This document shows, piece after piece, positions 12,221 through 27,000 of a stretch of DNA of 64,000 nucleotides. Below the pieces are notes generated by a model. That model was not told the DNA's origin. It was given only the letters and a program-made list of their open reading frames with translations, and did no database searches. The stretch's first letter is position 1; every line of letters begins with the position of its first letter. Source of the stretch: Vermamoeba vermiformis (lineage: Eukaryota); the NCBI GenBank assembly GCA_045837725.1, contig JBEWZL010000300.1, forward strand, positions 372,001 through 436,000, given 5' to 3'. The position numbers were made by a program, and so were the translations under genes.

Positions 12221-15200
12221 ATGGCAGATCGGGCAAGTGTTGCTGCGAGAGGAAGACCAAATACGTCAGTAGATCTGAGCAATACGCCAAAGAAAATTGA
12301 TCTGGCAAATGTTGCTTTGACTGCTCGAGACACGGAGTTAATTGATAAAATTGCATCACTATGTGCAGATAGACCTCTTCCGAGCCATGTAAGTTCAATT
12401 ATTTGTTAATTGTCAGTAACAAATTATTCTGTTAATGAAAAAAATTATCTCAATTAGCCATGGCACCCATTCGCTTATATTTTCGTACCACATTATATTA
12501 TAGATAATATTCTATTTTTAAAAATATTTAACACGTTAATCAGATCCCAGCAGACGAGTTTGCTAAACCTGTCGAAAATGCCAACAAATTAATTGAAACA
12601 GCCAAGGATTTTTACCACTGGTTCGATAGCGTAAATACAAAACTCAATGATCACGTTGAAAAGGACAAATATGAGTAAGAACGGCGTTGTTTCAAGTTAC
12701 GTATGTTAACTCTTAGATCTGCAGGCTATATTTGGAGCAATTAAATGGATACAAGTCGCTATGTGATAACTTAATTGCTGAGATCGATTTTGCCTTGAAA
12801 TATTTGAAGGAGGTTGAAGAGAAGTATTCGACGTCCTCGCGCAAGACAGGCGAGTTACATTCAGCCTGCGAAGGTCTGCTGCACGAAGAGGTAATTACAA
12901 CAGCGTACTTATTGTTAGTGCGGCCTTAACACTTATTCTTAATAGAAACAACTGCGGTTTTATGCAGATGATCTTCGTGAAAAGCTAAAGTACTTCAATG
13001 AACTGGAGAGCTTGTCAAAGAAGTTCAACAGTCCTTCACTCTCCGTGCAAGACGAGCACTTCTTGCCACTACTGCGCAAACTAGACGAGTGCATTGATTT
13101 CATTCAAAAGAACGTATGTGCAGGGTCTAATGGTGTGCTGTGTTTGACACGATATTTTTCAGCCTGGCTTCAAAGAATCAGAGGTCTATCTTCTCAAATA
13201 CAGACAGCTTCAAGGCCGAGGTCTGACATTAGTGCGTAACTATGTGATCAATTCGTTCAAAGACACCGCCAGTCACGTGCTCGCACAGTTAAAAGTACGT
13301 CTATTGAACGTTCCTGACAGAGCTAATAATATTTTTTTAAGGCACAAAAAGACGCCACATCACTTATATTCTATGTTGATTTCAAACTCGTGGCACCCAA
13401 AGTCAAGCCACTTTGCACGGAGATTGAAAACAGATCTGGTCAACGAGAGTAAGTCAACGTTTAAGTACGCTCATCAGCAAGTGCTAATAGTCACAGATAT
13501 GCTGCGTTATTATCTGACTGTCACACGGTATACTTTCAACAACGACGCTTGTTGCTGCAAGATCTAGTCTACAAAAATCTGCTATCAGTTTCTACGAGCA
13601 GTACTGACCTTACCGCAGCTGTATGTAAATATACTGTATTATTATTATATACTTAATCGCTTTAGATTCGAGATGGGTGCTCTTACTTGTTAAACATCTG
13701 TCAATTAGAGCACGATCTGTTCTGTCAATTCTTCACAGCGACATCAACGGGTCTAAGGTAAGTGAGCGATGTATTAATGACAACTCTAACGTGTTGTTAG
13801 AATGTTACTCGAAGGATTTTCAACGACACTTTACGACAATGTACGGCCAGTAATCATTCGCTGCTCGTCACTCGACATTTTGTGCAATCTTGTAAATATA
13901 TTGAAGAAAGAGATATTGGAAGGTAACAAATATATTGATAGTATTACTGAGTGGCTAACCAATGATGCCAATGCAGAGCAAATTCTTCCTAAAGGCGAGT
14001 CACTCGTGGCCTTCAAACCAGTGGTGACGCGGTTGATTGAAGACGTCCAAGAACGACTCATATTCGTGGCACAGACTTACATGCGCGATAAAATCACTGA
14101 TTATGTTCCAAAACCTGCGGACCTCAACTATCCAGATAAATTAATTGAAGGTAAGCGTTGTTACATCAATGCGATCCAGATCTAATAGAGCCATTTCTAG
14201 CGAAAAAAGGTCCAGTAACTCCGCAAGAAGGCACTACAAGTGCCGAAAATGGTGCTTCAGAACAAGTTCCAACGGATCCAGCGCCTCCACAGACCAGCAC
14301 TCAAGCCCTCACCGAAGTCGGCAAAGAGTTCTATGCAACGTGGTACCCGACATTAGAACACACGCTGAAATTATTGTTCAAGCTATACTACACTGTTGAC
14401 GTAAGTATTACATCAAGACAGAACTGGGATCTCGTTCCCAAAATAGATCCAGTCCGGATTCGTTAGCCCAAACAATTGGCAGATCCGATGCTATTTATCC
14501 AAAATGGAATTGAGATGACGATAAGCTCTATGGTTGAAAATTCATGAAAAATCATATTGAGCCAATTTTGTATTCGTACTGTCTGATCATTGATTCCTCT
14601 TTTATTTTTTTTGATCCGCTTTCTAACTGGCTTATTTAGATCGACACTTTCAACGGGCTTGCGCAAGAGATGGTGTCAGCTTGCACACGTTCTTTATGCA
14701 ACGCAAGTCAATTAATAGAAAAGCAGAAGGTACGCACAGATAGCGATCTAGATTCGTGACTTATCTGTTATTATTCCAGAGCAAATTCGACGCGCAATTA
14801 TTCTTAGTGAAATATTTGACGACACTGAGTGACCAGCTGCTACCGTTTGACATCAACTTCTCGATGAAAGAAAAAACACTCGATTTCTCTTCGCTCATGG
14901 GTACGGATCTACACTACGTTTTAGTTATTATAACCATTACTTTCCAGGCAAGGTTCGTTCGCTGATCAATAGTGGAGTGAGTTTGAGCAGCTTGAACCCT
15001 CGTCGCACATTGTACAACTTTTACAGCTTCGTGTACAGTGCCACACCACAGCTCAAGACAATGACGCACGACTTGCGTGTTGTAAGTACACAACTACTTC
15101 ATATTAATATATCGCCCTAATGTCACATAATAGGACATGGAACAACTGTTAAAGGAGACATTGGAGCTCTTTATCGTGACTGTCACTCGTCAGCTGATTG

Positions 15201-15702
15201 ACGACTTGCTCAACTTCCTCACGCAAGTAAGTATTCGCTAACGAGCAATAATATGACGACTAACACACATTAGGCAACGCTGTTCACCAATGCCAAGAAG
15301 GGCTATTTGAATCGCGACCACGAGACCAGCTCCATGTCCAACGTGTCCATGAAGTACTTGAAGGACGAGAGCTATGCCACGCCCGACAAGTTGAACGAGC
15401 TGATGCGCAAGACAATGCAGTCCTTGACCGAACAACTGCCCCTGATTGTCAACAAATTGGTCGTTTACATTGACAACGTCAAGACACGTGAGGCCATTTA
15501 CGGAGCGATCAAGGTATGTACTATATTCATTATAACTAGTATACTAATATTACTTTAGGACAATATTGCTACGGCATTCACGAAGTTCAACAACGTCATT
15601 ACGGAGGAATTTTCGTCCGAGGACAGAGCTCACGTGACTTTAATGAGCCTCGTTGATGTTCATCGTTCACTCGATTCAGCAATGAGCGACGCGTTGAAAT
15701 AA
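12221..15702 (+). CDS. COG3: Conserved oligomeric Golgi complex subunit 3 (Sec34), many exons
   Basis: FYHWF, LHSACEGLLHEE, KLKYFNELE, LYDNVRPVII, DVQERLIFVAQTY, DLNYPDKL, WYPTLEHTLKLL. Confidence 0.92.
14511..14589 (+). ncRNA. Intronic box C/D snoRNA, snR51/SNORD41-like (LSU rRNA Um guide)
   Basis: Box C-like ATGACGA 14515-14521, box D CTGA 14583-14586, short terminal stem TGA/TCA. Guide TTTGTATTCGTACTG (14567-14581) is complementary to conserved LSU rRNA CAGUACGAAUACA. Lies in a ~240-nt COG3 intron. Confidence 0.75.
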
Positions 15703-15843
15703 ACGATGTACAGTTTATTGGCTTAGTTTGGTACGTTTTTTGCTTATGGATTGCGGATCCAAATTTCCGTGTAATTTCAAAGCGATAGTAATCCACCAAA
15801 AACAATCTCTATTACTTATGCAATACCACACTTCAATTAAAAA

Positions 15844-17680
15844 ATGAAACGAAGCAACGTAGATACGACTATACAGGAAGAAAGCCGCAAGAAGCGCAGA
15901 GTAGATGCTGACGATCCGCTCGATCCGTTTGGCTCACTCCCAGATGAAATTCTTGACATTGTATTCCAAAATTGCCCTCAACAGGACCATTCGAAATGGT
16001 TGACTGTGTACGTAATATTCGTATTTCCTTACATTAACGGAAAAATTTTGCAATGTCATAAACAGATTTGGTTATGGTAGTAATTGTTAATAGCACTAAT
16101 CCAATCTAAAGATTTTTAATTTCATTTTGCAATTAATCAAATTTGTTCAGAACGAAATTTCGTCTTATTAATTGGATCTCAACTCCAGGTTTGGTGCCGT
16201 GTGCAATCGATGGCGCAGAATGTCCAAACAATATATAGGCGTGCTTGAAGTGAAGAAACCCTCTGCTTATATCCTCTCAGAGGTCATCCCTTCATTGCCA
16301 AACGTCTTCTCTTTGAGGCTGAAGCAACCGCTGCCCAACGACCTCAGTACGCGATCTAACTTGCCTAATCGAAGCCTTTTACTAATTATGATACCATTAA
16401 TAGCTTCGCTTACAACTATACGCAACCTGACTGCATTAGACTTCAAATGTCCGCACAAAGTAACGGATCAACTCCCCGAAGAGCTGGGGCACAGCTTTGA
16501 GCTGATTGGTCAGTTAACTCAGCTCATAGAACTAAACCTGAACGGACCAATGGGCGACGAGAACATATCGCGCTTGTCTTCACTCGTAAATCTGCAACAG
16601 TTGTGGCTGGGAGACAGCGATTCTTTGACCGAGGAGTCCGTGCAGGTGTTGCGACACTTCACTGCACTGCATTGGCTCGACATGCCCTGGGAGTGGAATG
16701 TCGGTCCTACGCTCGCGAGCTTGACCAAGTTACAGCACCTTCATGCTCGCGGCGGTGAAGGCGTCAACACGTTGGAGGACTTGGAGGGCCTAGTCAACCT
16801 GCGGGACGTGGAGCTGGGTGAAGTTGAGCCAGCACACTTGGGCCACATTGGTGCCTGGACCAATCTGGAGTCGCTGTCCCTGAACTCGGTGCGCGCGCAC
16901 GACAGCATCACGCGCTGGACTTCGTTGAAAAAGCTCAAGTGGCTCGAGCTGAGTTACTCGGAGATCACTCCGCAGTTGTTGCGCACAGTGATCAACTGCA
17001 CTAATCTGCACTCAATTTACTTCGAAGAGGGCTTGTGGCTCGATTGGCACTTTGTGGAAGAAGATCTGCTGGCAAATATTTCACGCTTGACCAAGCTGTA
17101 CGCCTTGGGTGATCTCAAGCACCATCCTGTGTTCGACAGTCCGATCTCGCGCCTGCCAGATTCATTGACCCAACTGGAAATTGTCTCGGACAACGGACAA
17201 ATGCGTGAACAATTCTTTGCCAACATTCATCACTTGACCAATTTGAAGTCCCTCAGATTCAGCTACACGCAAGGAGGCAAGAACGCGCTCAACAGTGCCA
17301 TTATTGAGGGTTTGTCTTGCCTGACAGCGCTGGAAGAGTTGATTATTGGCAACGAGCGATACAATGACGAGTTTTATCCGATTTACCGCGAGATGGTCCG
17401 AATGACCGGACCCAATGCTGCAGTGTTCCTCGAACAATATGCCAATCACACGAGCTCATTCCCGAACGTTTCATTCGCTGCATTCTCATCCCTGACTAAT
17501 TTGCGTGACCTTAGAGTGGATCTGGATCCGTTCTTTGAGACGCAAGTGCTGGCACTCACAACCCTGACCAAGCTCACTAACGTTAAATTTGGCAAGTACT
17601 TCACGACCACTGACTTCCATCAATTGCTAGCCAAGGCAAAGGAGCAACAAGCCGAGGAATTTGTGATGGAAGACGACTAG
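15844..17680 (+). CDS. F-box/leucine-rich repeat protein
   Basis: NLS-like RKKRR, F-box LPDEILDIVFQNC...|FGAVCNRWR, many LxxLxxLxL repeats. Confidence 0.88.
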
Positions 17681-17727
17681 ATTCAAGGGATTTGTTGTGA
17701 CATGTAAATAACTGACTATTCATTTTA

Positions 17728-20521
17728 TTACAACACCATTTCATAGACTTTCCTGGTCCTGGTCGCCACAAAGTATTTGTCGTACAAGTAGCTGTGATAG
17801 TAGGTCCCTTGTATGGCCTCAGGAGCCAGCAACACGCGGTCCCACAGCATCGTGTTGAGGTCAAATGTCATAATTGAGGCGTGTGGCACCGAGCACAGTG
17901 TCATACGCTGATTGAAAATGTCTAGGGCCAGCGATGAGCCCTCTGTCGTATTGATCATTGGAATGGATTGCGCGGGGTAGCGAATGTCAAAGTAGCACAG
18001 CGAGTGTTTGAGCACGCACAACACGTGATGCTCGTTGACCATGTGAAAGTTGGTCAATTGAGCGGGGACTTCCATCGTGCACACAGTTTGCAGCGCGTCG
18101 TCTAATAGGAGAATCTTCGGGTCCTGGTAGAGTGACGGGCAAGCGAGTATCGTAGACGGGTTAAAGTAATTGCTTTCAGCATTTGACACCGTAAAATCTA
18201 ACTTGCCCACAACTTGTTCTGTTTGCAGATCCACTACATTCAGATCTGCAATCAAATCGACATTAGATCGAAATAACTAAAGGTACCACGAGTACTTACT
18301 GGGTCCAAATACAAAGTGACTTTTGTCGCGCGCGAAACGAATACTAGGAATGAAATCGTTGGTCGGCAGTGTCATGCAGCGAGTGGGTTCAGCACTGCCC
18401 AAGACGCCAATCTCAATCTGAAGCGGAATATTGTACCCCGGGGGTGAGCGGAGGACTAGTGCTGTGACCGAGTCGTGCGTTGAATCGAGCACCAAGGGAT
18501 AAGTCAATCCGTTCAATGGCGCGAACTGGCCACCGATCGGATCAAACTCTTCGTGCCAGTGAGTGGCGACGAGACGATTGGCTTGGTTGAGAAGGACCCA
18601 TTGCTTGTGCACCGCCAGACTATTCCTAACAAAATCGCGTTTTTCAACCAATCTACCGGCACGCCACGACACATGTGTCCTGTCACGTGATCAGCACAAT
18701 AAGTCAACATTCCAATGACTTGCAATATGAAATAACTACCTAGCACTTGTCAGCAGTGTTGACTTCCAGTCGTTGCGAGTACTGTCTGGCTTGAATTGCA
18801 TTTGCTTAGCGAGAAAATACTGTTGCCAGAGAGCGGATCCGTGAGCCAAAATTTGGTTGATCGATTTTGTAGTTAACAATAGTGCTAAAACGTCATCAGC
18901 ACGAAGATATCGGGCAATTAATAGTAACAATTCAGTGGGTAATTGATCGATCGGAAACTTTGGCCGTTCACTGAACCGTGTTTTTGCTGAATCTCTTTTC
19001 CATTCTAGGCAATTAATTAGTACGGAAGAGAGTAATTATAAAGTGAATTAGTTACGCTGTCTCAAGACTTTGAGAGATGCGGCATCCTCGCCGAGATGAT
19101 GCTGAAGAAAGTAAGCACCGATGAATGGATTCAGAGTGTGCAAGTTGTCGATGGCTAATGTAGTCGTGAACCTGTAGTCTTTTTTCAATGCTTTCTCCAC
19201 TGCCATTATGAGACCTAATGACGAGTTAACAATAAGATCTACGTTAAATGAAAATTGAAACTTACTCCTGCTCATGTAATTGTCCTTAATAGCACTGCTC
19301 AAATTTAAATCTAATTCTTCTTCGCTACAATAATAGTATTAGCCATAAATCCACCCTTAGAAGTGCAAATTAGGCAAATTTTGATTTCTAAACAGTCGTA
19401 CTTCAGTGACAACAATACGCGAGCTCGTTCTTCTTCGGTTAAGACGTTTGCAAACGCTCTGGTGGCTATATATGGTATTAATAGCCGGTCCTTTTCCAGT
19501 TCTGCAATGAATTGAGGTTAGTTTCTGGATCTACCGATAAATTCAGCGTGTTCCTACTCACTTTCAAAGGCTTCTTTAGTTCTCAATACACTAAATTCCT
19601 CGCCTTTGCCATTCTCCAAACAATATATCAATAGGCATGTATTATTCTTATCGCGTTCAGTGTAGCCAATGAGGGGATGTAATTCAACGATGAATTTTAA
19701 GCTCGGTATGTACCGATACGACAGGCGTTCCTTTAACAATTGAGCCAATGTAGATTCATCTTATACTACGTCAGTATAGAGGACTACAGTAGTGATGAAC
19801 GTACTCTGAGAATTTTTTAGGGGCACATCTGCTCCGATCCGAACCAACAATATGAATGCCAGCTCATTGCCGTAGTCATTCGCAATACCGAAACATCCCT
19901 TTTCTTGTGCTTTTCGATAGAAATTCAATCTTTGTTGCAATTCGAGAGGCAACTGCTCGTTTCTAACTTTTGGGTCCCTCACATGAGAAGTGCTATGGAG
20001 GAGACAAATAGTATGACCTAAAATGACCTCATTAGACGGACGTTGATATATTGCAATCCTCCTACAGAAAATTTGGTTCCAATAAACGCTTGGAACAACG
20101 CAGGGATTCTGATCTGAATATTTTCTTAACTGGAAATCAACTCCAACCCATGCGAAGTATACTAACAGGTTTGCAGTATTCCAGTAATCATTATGTATAG
20201 CCTGATTAGTGATTAGTAGGGTCCGTCAGGCGATTTTCGAAACGAAAAAATCTTACCCACTCCAGCAGATTCATTCCCTGACTATCCAAAGAATAAAGGC
20301 AGCGATATCTATCACTTCTGGGAAGTTCTACCAAAACATTGTACAATTTTTTGGGATCGTTGGTACTAGCAGCTGATCTTAAATTTGATATTGTTGGATC
20401 CGAGATGTTCATCTGAATAATGAATTAGTGACAATTAAATATTATATCGGGTATTATTAGGAAATTTTTAAGATAGTGAATACTAATTGACACTTGCTTG
20501 CTTTCTATCAAACAAGGACAT
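17728..20521 (-). CDS. F-box protein with ankyrin-like N-terminal region and beta-rich C-terminus; exon structure partly uncertain
   Basis: DSQGMNLLEW..IHNDYWNTANLL ankyrin-like, F-box IDQLPTELLLLIARYL...LWQQYF. ATG 20521 needs a GC-AG intron (20413-20497); otherwise the start is 20412. Confidence 0.6.
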
Positions 20522-21030
20522 GGTTGCATTATTTCTGTTGGTTGTTTCAACTAATATTGTTTATATTATGAGAGAATTCCCAAAATAAGCGTCCGGTGTG
20601 CAACGTATTGTGCGTTCAGTCCAAGTTTTAACCGTATTTTAGATTTTTAGTTTCTTTCTTTGTTTAATTTCACAAACTTTTACCCCTCTAGACCGCTCAA
20701 TTTGCGGTGTCTCCACCCTAATTCGGGGGTGTAGAACACCGTGGAGCGTTTGAATTTAAGGTTGGTGTGTATCTATGCCCATAAAATCAATAATTTAGAT
20801 CAATCCAATTTTTTTCCACGAACGGATCGCGAACATCGATAGTGCGTTTGATTTCGCACTATATACTGACACATAATATGTAAAAATATGTATTACTTTG
20901 AGGGCCTCTAATGTTTGCCGTTCAAATGTTAGAACCCAAAAAATTTTTATCAAACTGAACGCACAATATCAATCTTGCAAAATTAATGCCACCAACAATT
21001 ATTTTATTTAGTTTCGTCACGAGATCTCAC

Positions 21031-24000
21031 TTATTTGTGTCTGTTGGTACGAGTCAACATCTGCACACCATCAGAAATGATCTTCCAGTTAATGTTCAAG
21101 TTGTTGTTCGGAGCACGCAAAGGAGGCTCAATGAAGCCGCACTGGATCAAGTACGAGAAGTAGGTCAACAAGACGTTGTCAATCTCCGGGAAGACAGCGT
21201 TCTTGCGAGCCTCGTGCAAGTTTCTGTTGTCAGTCTTGGGTCTGTTTTGCAAGCCATCAGCCCAGCTCTCAGTGAAGAACGTGACCATCGAGCTCAATGC
21301 ATTGTCGTTCTCAGCGGCAGCAGTGGCTTGGACCAGCTTCTGTCTCCAAGCAGCGTAATCGATCAACTCGACGTTGTAGCCGAATGCGTGCATTGAAGTG
21401 AAGAGCTTGTTGAACGAGTAGAGGTTGCTGTTGACCACGTTGAAGGACTTGTTGAGGGCTGAAGCATCAAACGCGCAGTTGGTGATGGACTCGGTTACGA
21501 AATCCACGGGGCTCATGTCCAAAGTGGCAGCGCGCAAGTCAGGAGCAGCACCCAATTGAATGCAGCCCTTGATCAAGCGGCAAATGAAGTCGTCAGTGTT
21601 CCAGATGCCATTGACAGTGTCACCAGAGACGTAGCCAGGACGGTAAATCGACACTGGAATGCCGCGGGCACGAGCAGCCAAGACGAGTTTCTCAGCGACC
21701 CACTTGGTTTGCGGGTAGCCACCGCTGAGACCAAGAGGGTTCGTAGTGAAAGGATCATCTTCGTACACAGTCTTCAAGTTCTGGTGATAGTCGCTCTCGT
21801 AGACACTCGTGGTGGACACGTAGTGCACGGGCTTCAAGCGAGTCTTAGAGGCCAATTTCAATACAGCAAGTGTGCCCAAGACGTTGGTGGCCTTGAGTCT
21901 GTCGTAAGGCTGCAGCCAATGGACATAAGCACCGTTGTGCACGATCAAATCAATCTTCGAAGCAAGATCAGCGAACACAGCGGGAGTGAGGCCCAACAAT
22001 TCCTTGGCCAAGTCTCCAGGCAAAGCGACGATGTGAGGCTCGTACCAATCCTCCCAGAGCAAGTGGCCTTGGAGATTGTTCTTCAAGCGGACCATGGCCT
22101 CTTCTTCGTTGACAGCGCGGACGAGGCAGTACACCTTGAACGCAGAGTCCTTGGTGTCCTTGACACGTGCCAAAAGATCGCGCAACAAAAAGGCACCCAA
22201 GAAGCCAGTGCCACCAGTCAACAAGATGTTGTTGAAAGTAGTGTTGATCGGTGCAATGTTGCTGGGAAGAGTGAGCTCGGGGTCCTTCAACAAAGTAGCA
22301 ACTTCACTTTCCAAGAATTGAGCTTGAGTCTCACGCTCTTTCTTTTGCAAATCTTCGTCTTCAATAGGCTTGCCTTGCTTGACACGTTCAATAGCACGAG
22401 CCATGCTGGTGACAGTAGGAGCCCTAAAAATGTCACAAGTTAATCATTGCTTCAAGCAATTTTTGATTGTACTTACTTGAAGAGCAATTGCATGGGCAAT
22501 TCAGTTTGGAATTCATTGCGGATCTCGAAAGTCAAGCGAGTAGCGAGCAAAGAGTGGCCACCCAACTCGAAGAAACTTTCATCGGGGTTAGTGACTTCCA
22601 CGCCCAAGACCTTGGACCACAATTGGATCAGAGACTGTTCTTGCTCGGTCAACGGTCTCAATGACTTGTTGCCAGTGCCGTCGTTGAGGTCGCTGTTGCC
22701 CTTTTGGGGAGCAGGCAGGCCAGGACGATTGATCTTGCCGTTAGGTGTCAAAGGCATAGTTTGCAGCACTACAATGTGCACGGGGACCATGTAATGTGGC
22801 AATTTGCCGGCCAAGAACTGCTTGAGCTCCTTGCACAATGAAGGAATGTCAATCGAGCTGACCTTGTTGCCGTCTCTGTCGAATTCAGTGGGCACAATGT
22901 ACGAGACCAGTTGTTTGTCGCCAGGCTTGTCTTCACGCACAATAGTGACGTTTTCTTTGACAGTCGGGTGCTTGCTGAGCACGGCGTTGATTTCACCGAG
23001 TTCAATTCTGAAGCCACGGATCTTAACTTGATCGTCAGCACGACCCATGCACTCAAGGGAACCGTCAGAAGCGTAACGACCCAAGTCACCAGTGCGGTAC
23101 ATGCGATCGCCAGGGATGTTGGTGAAAGGATTTTGCAAGAACTTGGCCTTAGTTTGTTCCTCCAAGGCAATGTAGCCGCGAGCCAAATGGTGGCTGCGCA
23201 CGTAGATTTCAGCGGCTTCACCGACACCAGCCAATTTGCCGCGAGAGTTGAGGATCAGCAAATCAACGTCCTGCATACCAACACCAACAGGAATGACTTC
23301 CTTCATGTCCTTCAAGAGCTCGTCGCCAGGCACAACAAAGTAACCGACAGAGCGCTGAGTTTCAGTTGAGCCGTACATGTTGATGCAGCGGACATTCGGG
23401 CACAAGCGGCGCAAACGATACACGTCACGCTTGATCAAAAGATCTCCGACGAAGAAAGCGTTCTTCAAGCTGTCAATGGTGAACGAAGGGTTGTCCACAG
23501 TCGTCAAGAGTTGACCGAGAGCAGGAGTCATGCACGTCACATTGATCTCGTTCTCTTTCATCCACTCAGCAAGACGACCAGGTTCGTTGATAGTTTCTTG
23601 CGAGGGAATGTAAACAGGAGCGCCAAAGAAGAGCGGAGTAAAAATATCACGTTGAAGAGGATCGTGAGCAATACCAGAGCACATTGAGAAGCGATCATCA
23701 GGACCAAACTCGAAGCGTTGTGACATCCAAGGATAGAAGTGCGTCAATGACACGTGACGACCCATGACACCCTTGGGGATACCAGTCGAACCAGAAGTGA
23801 ATGTTACGACAGCCAGTGAGTCAGGACCAACTTCGACGTTGGGGTAAGTCTCAGGAGATTGAGCGAGAGGATTGGCGGCGTCATTGGCCAGCTCGTCAAC
23901 AGCAGGGAGGGAGAGCTGAAGGAGCAAGTTCAACGAGGTCAAGTACTCTAGCAAATCAGCGGGCAAAGATCCAGCAGCACCAATACCAACCCAACCACGA

Positions 24001-27000
24001 GGTTTAGCAATGTCAAGGCATTGTTGAATGCGTTCAGTGGGGTAGATCGGGTCCATCATGGTATAAGCGGCACCAGCCTTGAGGATACCCATAATAGCAA
24101 CGACTACTGGAGGGCTTCTGTGGCCGTAGATGGCAATCACATCCTCAGGCTTGATACCACAGCTGATCAAATAGTTGGAGAGCTTGTTGGTCCATTTCTC
24201 CAACACACCGTAAGTAATCGGCTTGTTTTGGTAAACAACAGCGACACGATCAGGATTGGCACGAGCATTGCGTGAGAAGTGATCGTAGATAGCTCCACGC
24301 CAAGTGCCGTCGATGGGCTTCTCAGGCACAGGCAACACACCCTTGGCACGTTCAGTAACGAGAGTGTAGTTGACAATGTTCTCGGAGGGATTGGCAAGAA
24401 TTTGAGTGAGCAACAACTCGAGTTGAGAGTGCAACTCTTCCATTCTCACAGCGAAGAACAACTTCTTGTTGTAGAGCAATTCAATCTTGATCGGTTCGTC
24501 ATCGCGTTCACCACCGCTGATAGTCACGGTCAGATCCAAAGGAGACTTCTCTTCTTGCAAAGTCACCGCTTCGACGTTCACAGCTTGAGAAGCAAACTCG
24601 CCGTTGAATCTCTCGGGCAAGGGGGTCTTTTCGAGTTCAGTAGCCAAGTTAATTTGCACTTGAGAGATAGGGGCGTGCGCAATACGAGGACCGCCTTCTT
24701 CTTTGCCATAGAGCTCCTCCAAGACTCGTTCAAAGGGAACATCACGGTGAGCAAGAGCTTGTTCGAAAGTTTGTTGGACTTGTTCGAGCAATTGTTGGAA
24801 GCTGAGGTTATCAGCGACCGGAGTGCGCAACACCAATTGATTGGCAAAAGTGCCCAAGAGTTGTCTGTACATGGCCATAGTGCGGCCGGAGAACTTGGTG
24901 GTGACGATGATGTCTTCTTCGAGTGTAAAGCGGTACAAGATGATCTTGAAGGCAGTCAAAAGGGAGATGAACAAGCCGTTCCAGTTGTTGCTGTCAGAAC
25001 TGATGCGTTCGCTGAACTTGCGAAGCTTTTGAGTCAACTCGAGCGGCAATTGACGCACGGACTTGACACAGTCGAATCCTTGAACAGGAGGACGAGGATA
25101 ATCGATGGGCAATTGCAACACGTGCAAGCTGCCGTTCAACTTCTCCTTCCAGTAGTGGATTTGAGCTTGTTCCCAAGTCTCTTCGTCAGTCGGTGACATT
25201 TCATCGCCAGCCCAAGAGTGAGTCAACCAGCGAGAGTAGTCCCAGTGCGAGTAATCGCCGTATTGAAGGGCGTGATGGCCAGCACCAGCAGCGGTCTTGC
25301 CGAAGAGCTTCTCAACGAACAAAGAGAGCGATTGTTCGTCAGCAATGATTTGGTGCATGACTACCAACACGACAGAGGCGCTGGAAGTCTGGCACAAGAC
25401 AATACGAATGAGCGGCAAGCGTTCAATGTTGAAGGGAGTGGCAATGTGGTGCATGAGCAAGGCTTGGAACTCAGCAGTTTGAGTCTCGTGCGTGCTTTGA
25501 ACTTGACTCACGACCGATGACATGTCTACAGTGGTGTGCACTGTTTGCATCAAACGTTGCTTCTCAGCATTGAACTCGAATGTGGTGCGCAAGATCTCGC
25601 TTTCACTGAGCAACTGAGAGACAACAGCGCTCAATTGAGTCAACGAGACTTGCTTGTCAAGCTTGACGGCCTTGGCAATGTTGTACGCCGAAGTGTCAAC
25701 TTGATGCAACTTCCACAATCGTTCTTGGTGCCAAGTGCAATGAAGCTCAGGATGTTGAGAACGCGACAAAGGCACAGGGCTGATAGTAGCAATTTTTTCG
25801 AGGAAAAGTCCTTCGACGCGAGTCCACACATCATTACGGGGTTGACCTAACAAGACAAAGTCAAAATGTATTCAATAATATTGCAAAGTAGTACTACTCA
25901 CCGATAGTCAACAAATGGGGCAATAATTGTTTGCTAAAATCTTTGCTGCTTTCGGTAGGTAACAAGCTAGGCAAAGTGGGAATAGCAATCAGATCCAAAG
26001 GTCTTGGTTTGTCCAAAACTCTCAACGTGGGCTTATCGAAGGTCGTAGGTTGATGATAAATAGGCAACGGGTTCTTAGGGTTTTGGTAATCGCAACTAAC
26101 GTCGACAACGACGCTCAATTGACGACCAGCACTGCGGATCAATTCTTCGGTTAAGAAAGGCGAACGGACTTGTTGATCCAGCTTGATGGCGTTCAAAAGA
26201 ATATCAAACTGCAAGAGTTCAGCGTAAGGTCCCTCGACAGCAGTTTGTTCTCTGGTCCATTTAGTCACAGGCAAGCCCAATTGTTCGGCCAAAGAGATAG
26301 CGCCTCGACCGACGATACCCTAGCACCTCGTTAATAAGAGCAATATGAATATGAATGTAATATAGGCATACATTAGCACCAATGATAACGATATTGGGAG
26401 TGCGGCGAGAGAAGGTAACAGCGGTATTGAGCAAGGCTTTCAAGTGCTCGAGGAGAGGCAAGTTCTCGAATTGACGAATCATATCCGAAGGGATTTGAAT
26501 GCTTTTCTCCATCAATTCTTGTCTAAAATAATTATTAGAGCCTGATTCAATTATAGCGAATTTCAGGATCCCGTACCTGCACCAAGCCAAAACTCCTGCA
26601 GCCATGCCAGTGTAACCGGCGATGTTACCGAATGAAGCAAGACGATGTCCTTGCTCATTGACAATGTATTCAATGTCCAACAGAGCACCGCCACCTGATG
26701 ATTCAACGGATTAGCAATGTGAGTCAAAATAAACAAATGGACACGAAATTGGGACCGGTATTAAAATGCGGGTATTGGGTGTCACAATATTAATTAACGA
26801 TATTTTAATGAGCTAAATGCTATTTCCGATTTTTAGAATTTTTTGGCGGTTTTTTTTTACCTTGCAAGAAGCGAGTCAGCAGATCTCGCCAGCCAAATTG
26901 GTTCTTGAATGCGTGGCCAAAGTAGATATGACGGTGATTCAAGGGGAAGGTGCCAGCAAGAGGTCCCAGGCCCTAACACAGCTGTCAGTTGCTGGATCGA

